Of a stretch of DNA of 64,000 bases, positions 1-9,462 are shown one piece after another (position 1 is the first letter of the stretch; each line of letters begins with the position of its first letter). Both the position numbers and the translations under genes were made by a program. The notes under the pieces were generated by a model, which saw nothing but the letters and a program-made list of their open reading frames with translations, made no database searches and was not told the origin of the DNA. Source of the stretch: Candidatus Eiseniibacteriota bacterium (GTDB lineage: Bacteria > Eisenbacteria > RBG-16-71-46 > CAIMUX01 > VGJL01); the NCBI GenBank assembly GCA_016867495.1, contig VGJL01000005.1:720-64719 (forward strand), given 5' to 3'.

Positions 1-2
1 AG

Positions 3-977
3 CCCACGCCTCCCGCCCGGGCGATTTTCATTGACGGCGTCGATCAGGAGACCGGCTCTCCGGCGATCCTCGAGGGAGTCTCACCCGGTACGCACCGCGT
101 GCTTCTCGACCTCGGAGTCTTCGGAGTGATCGAGGAGACGGTGAGGATCAAGAGCGATGGAACGACCGATCTCCGTCCCCGCGCGGTTGGCAGCCTGTCC
201 ATAAGCTGCGTGCAGGAAAGGCCGGGAGGGAGGGTCTGGCTCGAAGGAGGCGAGGAGGGGACGCCGCCTTGCGTCTTCAGGTCTCTCCCGGTCGGATCGA
301 TCGCCGTGTTCTACGAGGACGACACAGTCCCGCTCTGGCAACGCGAGGCGCTGGTTCAAAACGGCGAGGAGACGTCCGTACGCATCAACAACGCCTTCGC
401 GATGGACCGGGCGCTTCTGAGGGTCGAGGCGTGGCTCTACCAGAGAGGGAGAGGGATGCGGTCGGCGGCGGGCGACAGCGTCTTCGTAGATCGCCGGTTC
501 GTCGGCCTGACGCCCTGGGAAAAGGACGTCGCGCCCGGCCTGCACGGCGTCAAGGTTCTCGGCGCCTCGGGGCAGACCTGGACGGAGGTCGTAGATCTCG
601 AAGCAGGGGGCAACCGCATCGTCGACCCGCGCTTCGGTCTCGAGGCATGGCCGACAATCTCCCATCAGGAACCGGGCCGCGTACTGGTGAGCGGGAGCAT
701 CCTCCTGACGGCGGTCTTCACCTCGCCCGACGGGAGCGCGCCGAGGAATCCGCGACTGCGCCTGCCAGGCCTCGACCCGCTCTCGAGGGATCTGCCTCTC
801 GCTCCGGTGGACCCCGAACGAGGCGCGTATGTGGGGATGGTCGACCCCCGGTGGGTCCCCATGGACCGCCCTGTCGTCTACTACTTCACGACGCAGACCT
901 CGGAGGGATCGACCCTCTCCTCGGAGCTCTATCGTTTCACTCCCGTGAGCGAGCTTTCGCTCGCCACGAGCCCCTGA
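3..977 (+). CDS. PEGA domain-containing protein (5' partial)
   Basis: Frame is open from the window edge (PTPPARAIFIDGVDQETGSPAILEGVSPGTHRVLL) into ORF 99..977; second PEGA-like repeat VFVDRRFVGLTPWEKDVAPGLHGVKV. Confidence 0.7.
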   Translation, partial: PTPPARAIFIDGVDQETGSPAILEGVSPGTHRVLLDLGVFGVIEETVRIKSDGTTDLRPRAVGSLSISCVQERPGGRVWLEGGEEGTPPCVFRSLPVGSIAVFYEDDTVPLWQREALVQNGEETSVRINNAFAMDRALLRVEAWLYQRGRGMRSAAGDSVFVDRRFVGLTPWEKDVAPGLHGVKVLGASGQTWTEVVDLEAGGNRIVDPRFGLEAWPTISHQEPGRVLVSGSILLTAVFTSPDGSAPRNPRLRLPGLDPLSRDLPLAPVDPERGAYVGMVDPRWVPMDRPVVYYFTTQTSEGSTLSSELYRFTPVSELSLATSP

Positions 978-1090
978 GGACGGAGGGAGCCGCCCCGCCC
1001 TCGCCGGCCCTCGCGGCTTCATCGGCGCGACGCGGCCCCTTCTCCTGGCGCGTCCGGCTGCATCCATCCGCTCCGATGAGCTCGGTGGCC

Positions 1091-1119
1091 TTGACCAGCG
1101 GATCTCCACAGGGTATAGT
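1091..1119 (+). promoter_or_regulatory. Sigma70-type promoter upstream of the secreted metalloprotease
   Basis: TTGACC (1091-1096), 17 bp spacer, TATAGT (1114-1119) in an AT-richer patch; GGGAGG SD before ATG 1201; 8-bp hairpin 1149-1168 in the leader. Confidence 0.65.
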
Positions 1120-1200
1120 TAGTTAGAGAGTACTCGACGAGACGATCCACCCGGGCTCGCGCCCGGGTCGGGGCTCCATCCACGGACGGGAGGTTCGCCG

Positions 1201-2997
1201 ATGACACTGCGGGTGGTCTCCATGATGCTCCTCTGCGCGGCGCTCGGATCCTGCGGAGAGGCCTGGGGCGATCAGAGAGGGGAGAGCGCTCCTTCTCCTC
1301 TGGCGCGTATCGAGACGGCCCTTGCGGCCGGAGAGATCACACCGGCTGAAGGTGCCTTCTACAAGCTGCTCGCCTTGCACCGGTCCGGCCGCCTTCCCTC
1401 GCGCTTCGCCGTTCCAGAAGCGCCGCCGATCAAGTGCGGGACGCTCATTGTACAGGAGGCGCGCGCCCATCTCGATGCGATGTCGTCCGAGATGCGTCAG
1501 GCTGCGGCGGCTTTTCTGGTGCGGCCGATCCTCGACTCGTACGTCGACACCGACAACTTCCGGATCCACTACGCCACGTCGGGGCTGGACATGATCTACC
1601 AGTGGCCCAACACCGCGTACAGGGACGCCGTCGTGGCGGCATGCGACTCGAGCTACAGCTACCAGAATGACCGCCGGGGATGGCCGCATCCTCCATCGGA
1701 CGGATCCAACGGCGGCGGCATCGGCTTGATCGATTGCTACGTCGAGGACAACGGAGGCGCCTACTACGGAGTCACCTACGCGGAGTCCCAGGTTCCCGGC
1801 GGCTACCCGAACGACTGGACGGCCTACTTCTGCATCGACAACGACTACCAGGGCTTCGGCTACACGGACAGAACCTGGCCGATGAAGGTCACTGTCGCGC
1901 ACGAGTACAACCATGTGATCCAGATCGGGCTGAACGCGGGGGCCGGGTGGTGGATGGAAAACACAGCCACCTTCATGGAGGACGAGGTCTACGACGAGGT
2001 GAACGACAACTACGGTTACCTTGCCTTCTATACCAACAACCCGTGGACCAGGCTCGACTACGCGAACGGAGGGTTCGAATACGGCTGCTTCCTCTGGCCG
2101 ACCTTCCTATCGGAGGCCTTCGGACACTCGGTGGTGCGCGATGTCTGGACCGCGTACGCCTCGAACACGAACCTGTATACCTGCTTCGACAACAAGCTGG
2201 CGGCCTTCGGGAAGAACCTGGACACGGCGGTCGCCGAGTGGACCCTCTGGAACTGCTTCACCTCGACCCGGGATGATGGAGAACACTATGTCGAGGGGGG
2301 GGCCTACAACCGCCTCGTCGTGCAGGACAACAACATCCTGACCTACCCGCAGACCAATCTTCATCCGACGAGCGGACGCTGGCCGCAGGGGCTCGGCATG
2401 AACCTGACCCGCTTCTACAGGCAGTCGGGATCCACGGACAACAAGATCCTCGTGAGCTACCAGGCCCTGAACTCCTGCGGTTACAACCACCAGATCTGGT
2501 TTGTCCGCAAGCTCCTCGGACAGCCGGTGTGGCAGATCTGGCCGGTGGCCGTCAACGGCACGGGCGCCGCCAGTTTCGAGGCGACTGAATGGGACGCCAC
2601 CGAGTACATGCTCATGGCGGTCCCGATGAAGAGGGCCTGCGGGACGACGGGCAAGGACTTCCAGTTCAGCGCCTCCACGACCTACGTGGTCGATGTCGCC
2701 GACGGGATGCGCCCCGCGCGCCAGGTGCGGCTGGATCAGAACAGTCCGAACCCGTTCAGTCCTTCGACCGCGATCAGCTTCTCCCTGCCGGAGGAGGGGC
2801 CGGTCCGCTTGCAGCTCTTCGATGTGGCCGGGCGGCGAGTCCGCTCGCTCGTGGACGGGATCCTCCGCGAGGGCGAGCATGAAGTCCACTGGGGCGGGAC
2901 GGACGATGAGGGATCGCGACTCGCCCAGGGGGTCTATCTCTGCGTGATCGAGGCGAACGGAGAGCGGATCGTGCGCAAGATGCAGCTTGTCGACTGA
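1201..2997 (+). CDS. Secreted zinc metalloprotease (MXAN_6640-like) with C-terminal FlgD-Ig/T9SS-like sorting domain
   Basis: Signal peptide; HEYNH zinc motif followed by WWMENTATFMEDEVYD; C-terminus QNSPNPFSPSTAISFSL...LFDVAGRRVRSL...GVYL...RKMQLVD. Confidence 0.8.
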   Translation: MTLRVVSMMLLCAALGSCGEAWGDQRGESAPSPLARIETALAAGEITPAEGAFYKLLALHRSGRLPSRFAVPEAPPIKCGTLIVQEARAHLDAMSSEMRQAAAAFLVRPILDSYVDTDNFRIHYATSGLDMIYQWPNTAYRDAVVAACDSSYSYQNDRRGWPHPPSDGSNGGGIGLIDCYVEDNGGAYYGVTYAESQVPGGYPNDWTAYFCIDNDYQGFGYTDRTWPMKVTVAHEYNHVIQIGLNAGAGWWMENTATFMEDEVYDEVNDNYGYLAFYTNNPWTRLDYANGGFEYGCFLWPTFLSEAFGHSVVRDVWTAYASNTNLYTCFDNKLAAFGKNLDTAVAEWTLWNCFTSTRDDGEHYVEGGAYNRLVVQDNNILTYPQTNLHPTSGRWPQGLGMNLTRFYRQSGSTDNKILVSYQALNSCGYNHQIWFVRKLLGQPVWQIWPVAVNGTGAASFEATEWDATEYMLMAVPMKRACGTTGKDFQFSASTTYVVDVADGMRPARQVRLDQNSPNPFSPSTAISFSLPEEGPVRLQLFDVAGRRVRSLVDGILREGEHEVHWGGTDDEGSRLAQGVYLCVIEANGERIVRKMQLVD

Positions 2998-3028
2998 CCT
3001 GACATAAGAGCGACGGCGGGAGGCCCGG

Positions 3029-5431
3029 ATGGGGAAGCCGATCCGGGCCTTCCCATGTCCGGTGGCATGCGCCGTGCGGCGCCTCCGGGACGTGGACGGC
3101 GGCGATCCTTCCCTCTACCCGGGCCAGCGGGGCACCGAAGCGGCGCGCCCGTTCTCCGGAATCGTCTCGTTCTGCGTCGCCCTTCTGCCGCCCTATCTGC
3201 TCGGAGGGCGGCTCGGCGTTCCGAACTGGGTCTGCGTCGGCGGAGCCCTCGTCCTGGTCGTCGCGGCCTGCCTGGCTCTGTCCCTTCGGCGACGGAGACG
3301 GTGTCTCGCGGACACCCTTCTCGTCGCGATGCTCGTTAGCGTCGGGCTTGCCTTCGGTGCGGAGCGGCGTCCGGCGAGCCCGCTCCCCGTCGGGATACCG
3401 GAGCTTGTCGTGCGCGGCAGGGCTCGCGCGGCGGGCGCAGGGCTCGAAGCCGAGGGAGTCAGCTTCGCGCACCAGGGGCGCTGGCACCCGGTGGGCGGGA
3501 AGTTTCAGATCCGAGGCCGCGGCCTGTCTGCCGGAGGGTTCGTTGGCAGGGCGTATCTCGTCTCGCTCGAAGAGCCTCAGCCGCGCGGTCTGGCGAATCG
3601 CAACGCGGGGCTCAAGTGGCGAATGTACAGGGGCGTGCTCGAGGTCAAGGAGGCCTGGGCGATGCCGGGGCCGGACGCCGCATCCGGGACCGTCGTGCGA
3701 GACAGAGTCCGCGCGTGGCTCGCGGGGCGGATCGGCAGATCGCTCCCGGAGATCTTTCGATCGATGATCCCCATGCTGATCTGGGGGGAGAGCGGCATCA
3801 TCGATGAGGATCTCGAGAGAGTCTTCCGCGCGACGGGCACGATGCACCTGCTCGCCATCTCCGGTCTGCACGTGACTCTCGTCGCCCTTCTCCTGGAGTT
3901 CCTCCTGCGCCTGCTCATACGCCAGCCGATGGCGCGGGCGGCTCTCGTCATCGCCGCTATCGGCGCCTACGGCGCCCTGGTCGGCCCGCTCCCGTCCGTC
4001 GTCCGATCGATCACGATGGCGGCCTGCCTGCTCGTCGGCAAGGCGATGGGGCGTCCGGCCAGCGTTGCCTCGTCGTTCTGGGTCGCGTTGCTCCTTGTCG
4101 GTTGCTTCACGCCCGGGGAGATCTGCAGGCCCGGTTTCCAGCTCTCGTACGCGGGGACGGCCGCGCTCATCCTCTGCCCTCGGGTCCCGGCGAAACTGGT
4201 CCCGATCGTCGGATCTGCCGTCGCCGTCGCTGCCACCTCGGGCATTCTCTGGGCGCACTTCGGTGAGAGCTCCCCCGTCGCGATCCTCGCAAACTTGACC
4301 GGCATCCCGGCGTTCGGGCCCGTGCTGGTCGCGATTCTCTGGGGGTTCGCATGGGGCGATCCGGCGGACCCGACTCTCCAGGCCCTCGCCTGGGGACCGG
4401 CCGGGATCCTCATCCAGAGCTGGGTGGCGCCTCTGCGGCTGTTGCTCCCGCTCGGGGAGTCGCTCACGGTCCGCGCGGGTTGCGGCGAGGCCGTGGGGCT
4501 CGGGAGCACCGGCATTGTCCTGCTCCTTCTCCACGCCGCCTCGAGGATGAGGGGACGGAAGGGAGGGTTGCTGTTCGGCGCCCTTGCCCTTCTCGCGGGC
4601 TCGGCCGCCCCCGTGCTTCCGCTGGCGGGACGCTGGCTGGCGCAAGCGCCCGTCGAAGCGGTCGTCCTGCCCGTAGGGCAAGGGGACGCCATGCTGATCC
4701 GTGCCCGGGTTGGAGGCGACTTTCTCATCGACACCGGTCCGGGCGGACCGGACGGGCTGCGTGGCAAGAGGTTCCTCGCGCCCGCGCTGCGGGCCCATGG
4801 CGTGGGCCGCTTGCGCGGGGTCTTTCTCACGCACGGGGACGAGGACCATATCGGCGGCCTGCGCGGCTTGCTCCTGGGCGGCATCGGTGTCGACACCGTC
4901 TACGTGAGTCAGGCTGTCGACGTTCGCCTGAGGCTTCCGCGGCGGCGCATGCCCGCCATCCTGCCCCTGTGCGCGCCCTGGAGCCGCGAAGCCCACTCGC
5001 TCAGGATGCGCCTCATTCACCCTCGCTCGGGAGAGAAGGCCGCCTCGGGGAATGAGGGCTCCCTGGTCATCGAGATCAGCGGCGGGGCGGGGCGGCTGCT
5101 CGCTCCCGGGGATCTCGGCGGCGGCGCGGAGGAGACCCTCGCGGCGATGGGGGAGGGCTTGCGCGCGGATGTCCTTCTCGCGGGACATCACGGGAGCGGC
5201 GGATCGACCGGCGACCGTTGGCTGGACGCGGTCGCGCCCCGGATTGTCATCATCTCCTGCGGCGCTAGAAACCGGCATGACCATCCCTCACGGTCCGTGC
5301 TATCGAGGCTGTCCCGGCGGAGGATCGAGGTCCATCGCACCGACCGCGAGGGGGAACTGGCGCTCAGATGGCATGGAGGGCGGCTCTGGCTCCGCCCCGA
5401 GCGTTGTGGGGGGTGGCGGGCTGTGCTATAA
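3029..5431 (+). CDS. comEC: DNA internalization competence protein ComEC/Rec2
   Basis: HLLAISGLHV competence-domain motif, GFQLSY, multiple TM segments, VGQGDA, metallo-beta-lactamase THGDEDHIGG, GHHGS, HDHP; start uncertain. Confidence 0.88.
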   Translation: MGKPIRAFPCPVACAVRRLRDVDGGDPSLYPGQRGTEAARPFSGIVSFCVALLPPYLLGGRLGVPNWVCVGGALVLVVAACLALSLRRRRRCLADTLLVAMLVSVGLAFGAERRPASPLPVGIPELVVRGRARAAGAGLEAEGVSFAHQGRWHPVGGKFQIRGRGLSAGGFVGRAYLVSLEEPQPRGLANRNAGLKWRMYRGVLEVKEAWAMPGPDAASGTVVRDRVRAWLAGRIGRSLPEIFRSMIPMLIWGESGIIDEDLERVFRATGTMHLLAISGLHVTLVALLLEFLLRLLIRQPMARAALVIAAIGAYGALVGPLPSVVRSITMAACLLVGKAMGRPASVASSFWVALLLVGCFTPGEICRPGFQLSYAGTAALILCPRVPAKLVPIVGSAVAVAATSGILWAHFGESSPVAILANLTGIPAFGPVLVAILWGFAWGDPADPTLQALAWGPAGILIQSWVAPLRLLLPLGESLTVRAGCGEAVGLGSTGIVLLLLHAASRMRGRKGGLLFGALALLAGSAAPVLPLAGRWLAQAPVEAVVLPVGQGDAMLIRARVGGDFLIDTGPGGPDGLRGKRFLAPALRAHGVGRLRGVFLTHGDEDHIGGLRGLLLGGIGVDTVYVSQAVDVRLRLPRRRMPAILPLCAPWSREAHSLRMRLIHPRSGEKAASGNEGSLVIEISGGAGRLLAPGDLGGGAEETLAAMGEGLRADVLLAGHHGSGGSTGDRWLDAVAPRIVIISCGARNRHDHPSRSVLSRLSRRRIEVHRTDREGELALRWHGGRLWLRPERCGGWRAVL

Positions 5432-5432
5432 G
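5404..5432 (+). promoter_or_regulatory. Candidate extended -10 promoter for purC-purH-guaA
   Basis: TTGTGG-17bp-TATAAG with TGn extension, overlapping the comEC stop; GGAGG SD before purC. Confidence 0.4.
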
Positions 5433-5452
5433 GACAGTTTGGAGGATAACTG

Positions 5453-6370
5453 ATGAAAGCTTCCTTCTTGGGGCTTGGAGATCTCGGCGTCTCTCCGTCC
5501 CGATCGGGCAAGGTCCGCGAGACGCTCGATCTGGGCGACACGCTCCTGATCGTCACGACCGACAGGATCAGCGCTTTCGACTGCATCCTCCCGACGCCGA
5601 TCCCCGGGAAGGGGAAGTTGCTGAACCGGATCTCCGCGCACTGGTTTCGAGGTCTCTCGTCTCATGTCGCGACCCACTTCGTGAGCGACGGAGAGAGCGA
5701 CTTCCCGGCCGAGCTCCGCCACATCCTCCCGTCGCTTCGCGATCGGTGGATGCTCGTCCGCAAGGCGCTCCGGATCCCGGTCGAGTGCGTCGTCCGGGGC
5801 CACCTTGCCGGATCGGGCCTGCGGGAGTACGCGCAGAAGGGAACAGTGGGGGGGATCGAGGTCGCTCCCGGAATCGAGCCCTACGGAAAGCTCCCCGCCC
5901 CTCTCTTCACGCCGACGACCAAGGAGGACGTCGGCCACGACCGTCCCGTCTCCTTCGAAGAGCTGGAAGAGATCGTGGGCGCCGGGCTCGCGGCCGAGCT
6001 CCGCAGGATCTCCCTGCGGATCTTCGAGCTCGCCGAGCCGTTCGCCGCGGCGCGGGGGCTCACTCTGGTTGACACGAAGTTCGAGTTCGGTTGGATCGAC
6101 GGGAAGCTCACGCTGATCGACGAGGTCCTGACGCCCGACTCCTCGCGCTACTGGGACGCCGAACGCCCCGCCGCGGGCGCGCCCGTGTCGCTGGACAAGG
6201 AGTTCGTCCGCGAACACCTCATGGGGACCGCGTGGGACCGGAATCCTCCGGCCCCGCCTCTCCCTCAGGAGATCATCGAGGAGACCTTCCGGCGCTATCA
6301 GCGGGTCCACGATCGGATCGGGGCGGGAGGATCCGCGCCCGAGTTGGGCCGAGGCCGGAGTTCCGAATGA
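5453..6370 (+). CDS. purC: SAICAR synthetase
   Basis: SGKVRE, TDRISAFD, PVECVVRG, FTPTTK, DTKFEFG, DEVLTPDSSRYW. Confidence 0.97.
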   Translation: MKASFLGLGDLGVSPSRSGKVRETLDLGDTLLIVTTDRISAFDCILPTPIPGKGKLLNRISAHWFRGLSSHVATHFVSDGESDFPAELRHILPSLRDRWMLVRKALRIPVECVVRGHLAGSGLREYAQKGTVGGIEVAPGIEPYGKLPAPLFTPTTKEDVGHDRPVSFEELEEIVGAGLAAELRRISLRIFELAEPFAAARGLTLVDTKFEFGWIDGKLTLIDEVLTPDSSRYWDAERPAAGAPVSLDKEFVREHLMGTAWDRNPPAPPLPQEIIEETFRRYQRVHDRIGAGGSAPELGRGRSSE

Positions 6371-7929
6371 TCCGAGTCCGCAGGGCGTTGCTCTCCGCCT
6401 TTCAGAAGGAAGGTCTGGAGGAGCTGGCGTCCGCCCTCACGGAGGCCGGCGCCGAGATCCTGAGCTCCGGCGGCACGGCGGAGTGGCTTCGCATGAGGGG
6501 CTTCGCCGTCATCTCGCTGGAGGACTGGGCCGGGCTTGCGTCCATGTTTGGCGGTCGGGTGAAGACGCTCCATCCCCGCGTGCACGGCGGCATCCTCTAT
6601 CGGCGAGGAGTCCCCGAGGACGAGGCGGAGAGGATTCCTCACGGAATCGAACCGATCGACATGGTGGTCGTTCATCTCTACCCGTTCGAGGAGACGATCG
6701 CCCGCCGCCCGGACGATCGGGAGGGCGCCATCGAGATGATCGATGTGGGCGGACCGGCGATGCTCCGTGCCGCGGCGAAGAACCATCGCTCGGTCGTCGT
6801 CGTTTCCGATCCCCGCGACTATGCCCGGGTCGCGCGGGCCCTGCGGGAGGGGGCGGGATCGATCGACGAGTCGATGGCTGCCGAGCTCGCCGCCCGCGCA
6901 TTCCGGGCGACGGCCCTCTATGACGCGGCGATCGCCTCCTACCTGGGGGACGGAGAGGGCGGCCTGCCTGACTCGATTGTCCGGGGAGGCAGCCTCCTCT
7001 GGGAGCTGCGCTACGGAGAGAATCCGTCGCAGCGCGGCGCCTTCTACGGTCCGGCGCGCGGCTTTCCGGGGGGGCTCGAGAAGCTCCAGGGAAAAGAGAT
7101 CTCCTTCAACAACCTGCAGGATCTCGAAGCCGCGATCTCGCTGGTGCGGGACCTGGGACCGGACCCTGCCGCCGCCGTCATCAAGCACGCGACGCCGTGC
7201 GGCGCGGCCACCCGGCCCGATCTCGCAGACGCCTTCCGGCGCGCCCGCGATTGCGATTTATTGAGCGCCTTCGGGGGCATTGTTGCTCTGAATGGCGTGG
7301 TCGACGCAGCCTGCGCGGATGAGATCGGCGGGATCTTTCTCGAGGCGGTCGCGGCGCCGGCCTTCGATCCGCAGGCCCGCAAGCGGCTTGAATCGAAGAA
7401 GAGCCTGATCCTGCTGCAGGGCGACCCCGGGCTCTTCTTCAACGCAGAGGGGCCGCGGAGCCCCTACGCGTTCCGCGACCTGGGGGCGGGGATCCTCCTT
7501 CAGGATCGGATCCCGCTACGCCTTGGGGAATCCGGATGGAGGACAGTCACGCGCCGACCCCCGACCGTGGAGGAGGAGCGCGTCCTTCTCTTCGCCTGGA
7601 AGGTCGTCCGCGCCGTCCGATCGAACGGGATCGTCCTGGCGATGGAGGACCGCGCGATCGGCATCGGGGGCGGGCAAACGAGCCGCATCGACTCCCTCTG
7701 GATCGCGATGCACAAGGCGCGCAGGGCGGGACATCGGCTGAAGGGCGCGGTCATGGCCTCGGACGCCTTCTTCCCCTTCCCCGACTGCGTGGAGGAGGCG
7801 GCGAAAGCCGGCGTCACTGCAGTGATCCATCCGGGTGGATCGAAGAGGGACACCGAGTCGATCGAAGCCGCCGATCGGTGGGGGATGGCGATGGTGCTGA
7901 ACGACGCGCGCTGCTTCAGGCACGGATAG
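6367..7929 (+). CDS. purH: Bifunctional AICAR transformylase/IMP cyclohydrolase
   Basis: ATGA overlap with purC; RRALLS, GRVKTLHP, IDVGGP, LRYGENP, KHATPCG, SDAFFPFPD. Confidence 0.96.
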   Translation: MIRVRRALLSAFQKEGLEELASALTEAGAEILSSGGTAEWLRMRGFAVISLEDWAGLASMFGGRVKTLHPRVHGGILYRRGVPEDEAERIPHGIEPIDMVVVHLYPFEETIARRPDDREGAIEMIDVGGPAMLRAAAKNHRSVVVVSDPRDYARVARALREGAGSIDESMAAELAARAFRATALYDAAIASYLGDGEGGLPDSIVRGGSLLWELRYGENPSQRGAFYGPARGFPGGLEKLQGKEISFNNLQDLEAAISLVRDLGPDPAAAVIKHATPCGAATRPDLADAFRRARDCDLLSAFGGIVALNGVVDAACADEIGGIFLEAVAAPAFDPQARKRLESKKSLILLQGDPGLFFNAEGPRSPYAFRDLGAGILLQDRIPLRLGESGWRTVTRRPPTVEEERVLLFAWKVVRAVRSNGIVLAMEDRAIGIGGGQTSRIDSLWIAMHKARRAGHRLKGAVMASDAFFPFPDCVEEAAKAGVTAVIHPGGSKRDTESIEAADRWGMAMVLNDARCFRHG

Positions 7930-7935
7930 GGCGAG

Positions 7936-9462
7936 ATGTCGATCGTCGCGGTCATCGACTTCGGGAGCCAGTACAACCTCTTGATCGCCCGCCGGGTCCG
8001 GCAGCTCGGCCTCTATGCCGAGCTCTTCCCCTACGACGTGGACGCCGAGACGCTCCGCTCGCGGGGCGCATCGGCCCTCATCCTCTCGGGAAGCCCGGCC
8101 TCGGCCGTCGACGGCCGCTACCTGCCCCGTCCCGAGATCCTCGCTCTGGGCCTGCCGGTGCTCGGGATCTGCTACGGCATGCAGGCAGTGAGCCACCTCC
8201 TCGGCGGCCGCGTCGTCAGGGGAACAAGCGGCGAGTACGGCAGGCAGCGGCTTGCGGTCATCGAGCCGGGCGGGCTCCTCGACGGGCTGGAGGAGCCGAT
8301 CGAGGTCTGGATGAGCCACGGCGACCAGGTCGTCGAGCTGCCCGACGGCTATCGGACGCTCGCCCGAACCGCTACCTGTCCGCACGCGGCGGTCGCGAAT
8401 CCGGCGCGAAAGATTTTCCTTGTCCAGTTCCATCCCGAAGTGAGCCATACGCCGCAGGGGATGAAGGTCCTGTCGAACTTCCTGTTCGGGCTGGCAGGGC
8501 TCTGCACGAACTGGAGCCTCGAGGACTTCACGAAGCAGTCGATCGAGTCGATCCGCCGCCAGGTCGGCGACGGCGTCGCGGTCTGCGGCGTGAGCGGCGG
8601 CGTCGACTCGACCGTGGCCGCCGTCCTGTGCCAGCGGGCCCTCGGAGAGCGCCTGCACGCGATCTTCGTCGACAGCGGGCTGCTCCGCCTGGGCGAGGTC
8701 GAGTGGGTTTGCGAGAAGCTGCTTTCCCTGGGGATCCATGTCCATCTCGTCGAGGCCTCCGATCGGTTCCTGGCCGCTCTGGCCGGAGTGGAGGATCCGG
8801 AGGAGAAGCGAAAGCGAATCGGCCGGCTCTTCATCGAGGTCTTCGATGAAGCGGCGCAGCGCCTTGGACACGCCGATTTCCTTGTGCAAGGCACCCTCTA
8901 CCCTGATGTGATCGAGTCACAGGGCGCGGCTGGGCCCTCCGCGCGGATCAAGAGCCACCACAATGTCGGCGGCCTGCCCGAGCGGATGAGATTGAGGCTC
9001 GTGGAGCCCCTCCGCGAGCTGTTCAAGGACGAGGTCAGGGAAGTGGGAAAGGGGCTCGGGATTCCCTCGGAGATGCTCGGCAGGCACCCGTCCCCTGGCC
9101 CTGGGCTCGCCGTGAGGATCGCCGGCGAGGTCAACAAGGAGCGCCTCGATTTGCTGCGGGCGGCAGACGCGATCTTCATGGAGGAGCTGCGCCAGAGCGG
9201 CACGTACGATCAGGTCTGGCAGGCCTTCACGGTGCTGCTGCCGGTCCGATCGGTCGGCGTGATGGGGGATGAACGGACCTATGGTCTGACCGTCGTCCTG
9301 AGAGCGGTGACGTCCGTCGACGGCATGACTGCGGACTGGGCCCGGCTGCCGGCCGAGGTCCTCGAGCGCTCCGCGAACCGGATCGTGAACGAGACGGGCG
9401 GGGTCAATCGCGTCCTCTATGACGTCACGAGCAAGCCGCCGGCGACCATAGAGTGGGAGTGA
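7936..9462 (+). CDS. guaA: GMP synthase (glutamine-hydrolysing)
   Basis: DFGSQY, GICYGMQ, QFHPEV, SGGVDS, IKSHHNVGG, C-terminal KPPATIEWE. Confidence 0.98.
   Translation: MSIVAVIDFGSQYNLLIARRVRQLGLYAELFPYDVDAETLRSRGASALILSGSPASAVDGRYLPRPEILALGLPVLGICYGMQAVSHLLGGRVVRGTSGEYGRQRLAVIEPGGLLDGLEEPIEVWMSHGDQVVELPDGYRTLARTATCPHAAVANPARKIFLVQFHPEVSHTPQGMKVLSNFLFGLAGLCTNWSLEDFTKQSIESIRRQVGDGVAVCGVSGGVDSTVAAVLCQRALGERLHAIFVDSGLLRLGEVEWVCEKLLSLGIHVHLVEASDRFLAALAGVEDPEEKRKRIGRLFIEVFDEAAQRLGHADFLVQGTLYPDVIESQGAAGPSARIKSHHNVGGLPERMRLRLVEPLRELFKDEVREVGKGLGIPSEMLGRHPSPGPGLAVRIAGEVNKERLDLLRAADAIFMEELRQSGTYDQVWQAFTVLLPVRSVGVMGDERTYGLTVVLRAVTSVDGMTADWARLPAEVLERSANRIVNETGGVNRVLYDVTSKPPATIEWE

Noticed and set aside
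2774-5284. Long antisense and alternate-frame ORFs (e.g. 2774-5284, 9417-11981, 40171-42450, 57424-59802)
   Set aside because: They shadow well-supported genes, are Arg/Pro/Ala-rich without motifs, and are expected in high-GC DNA.
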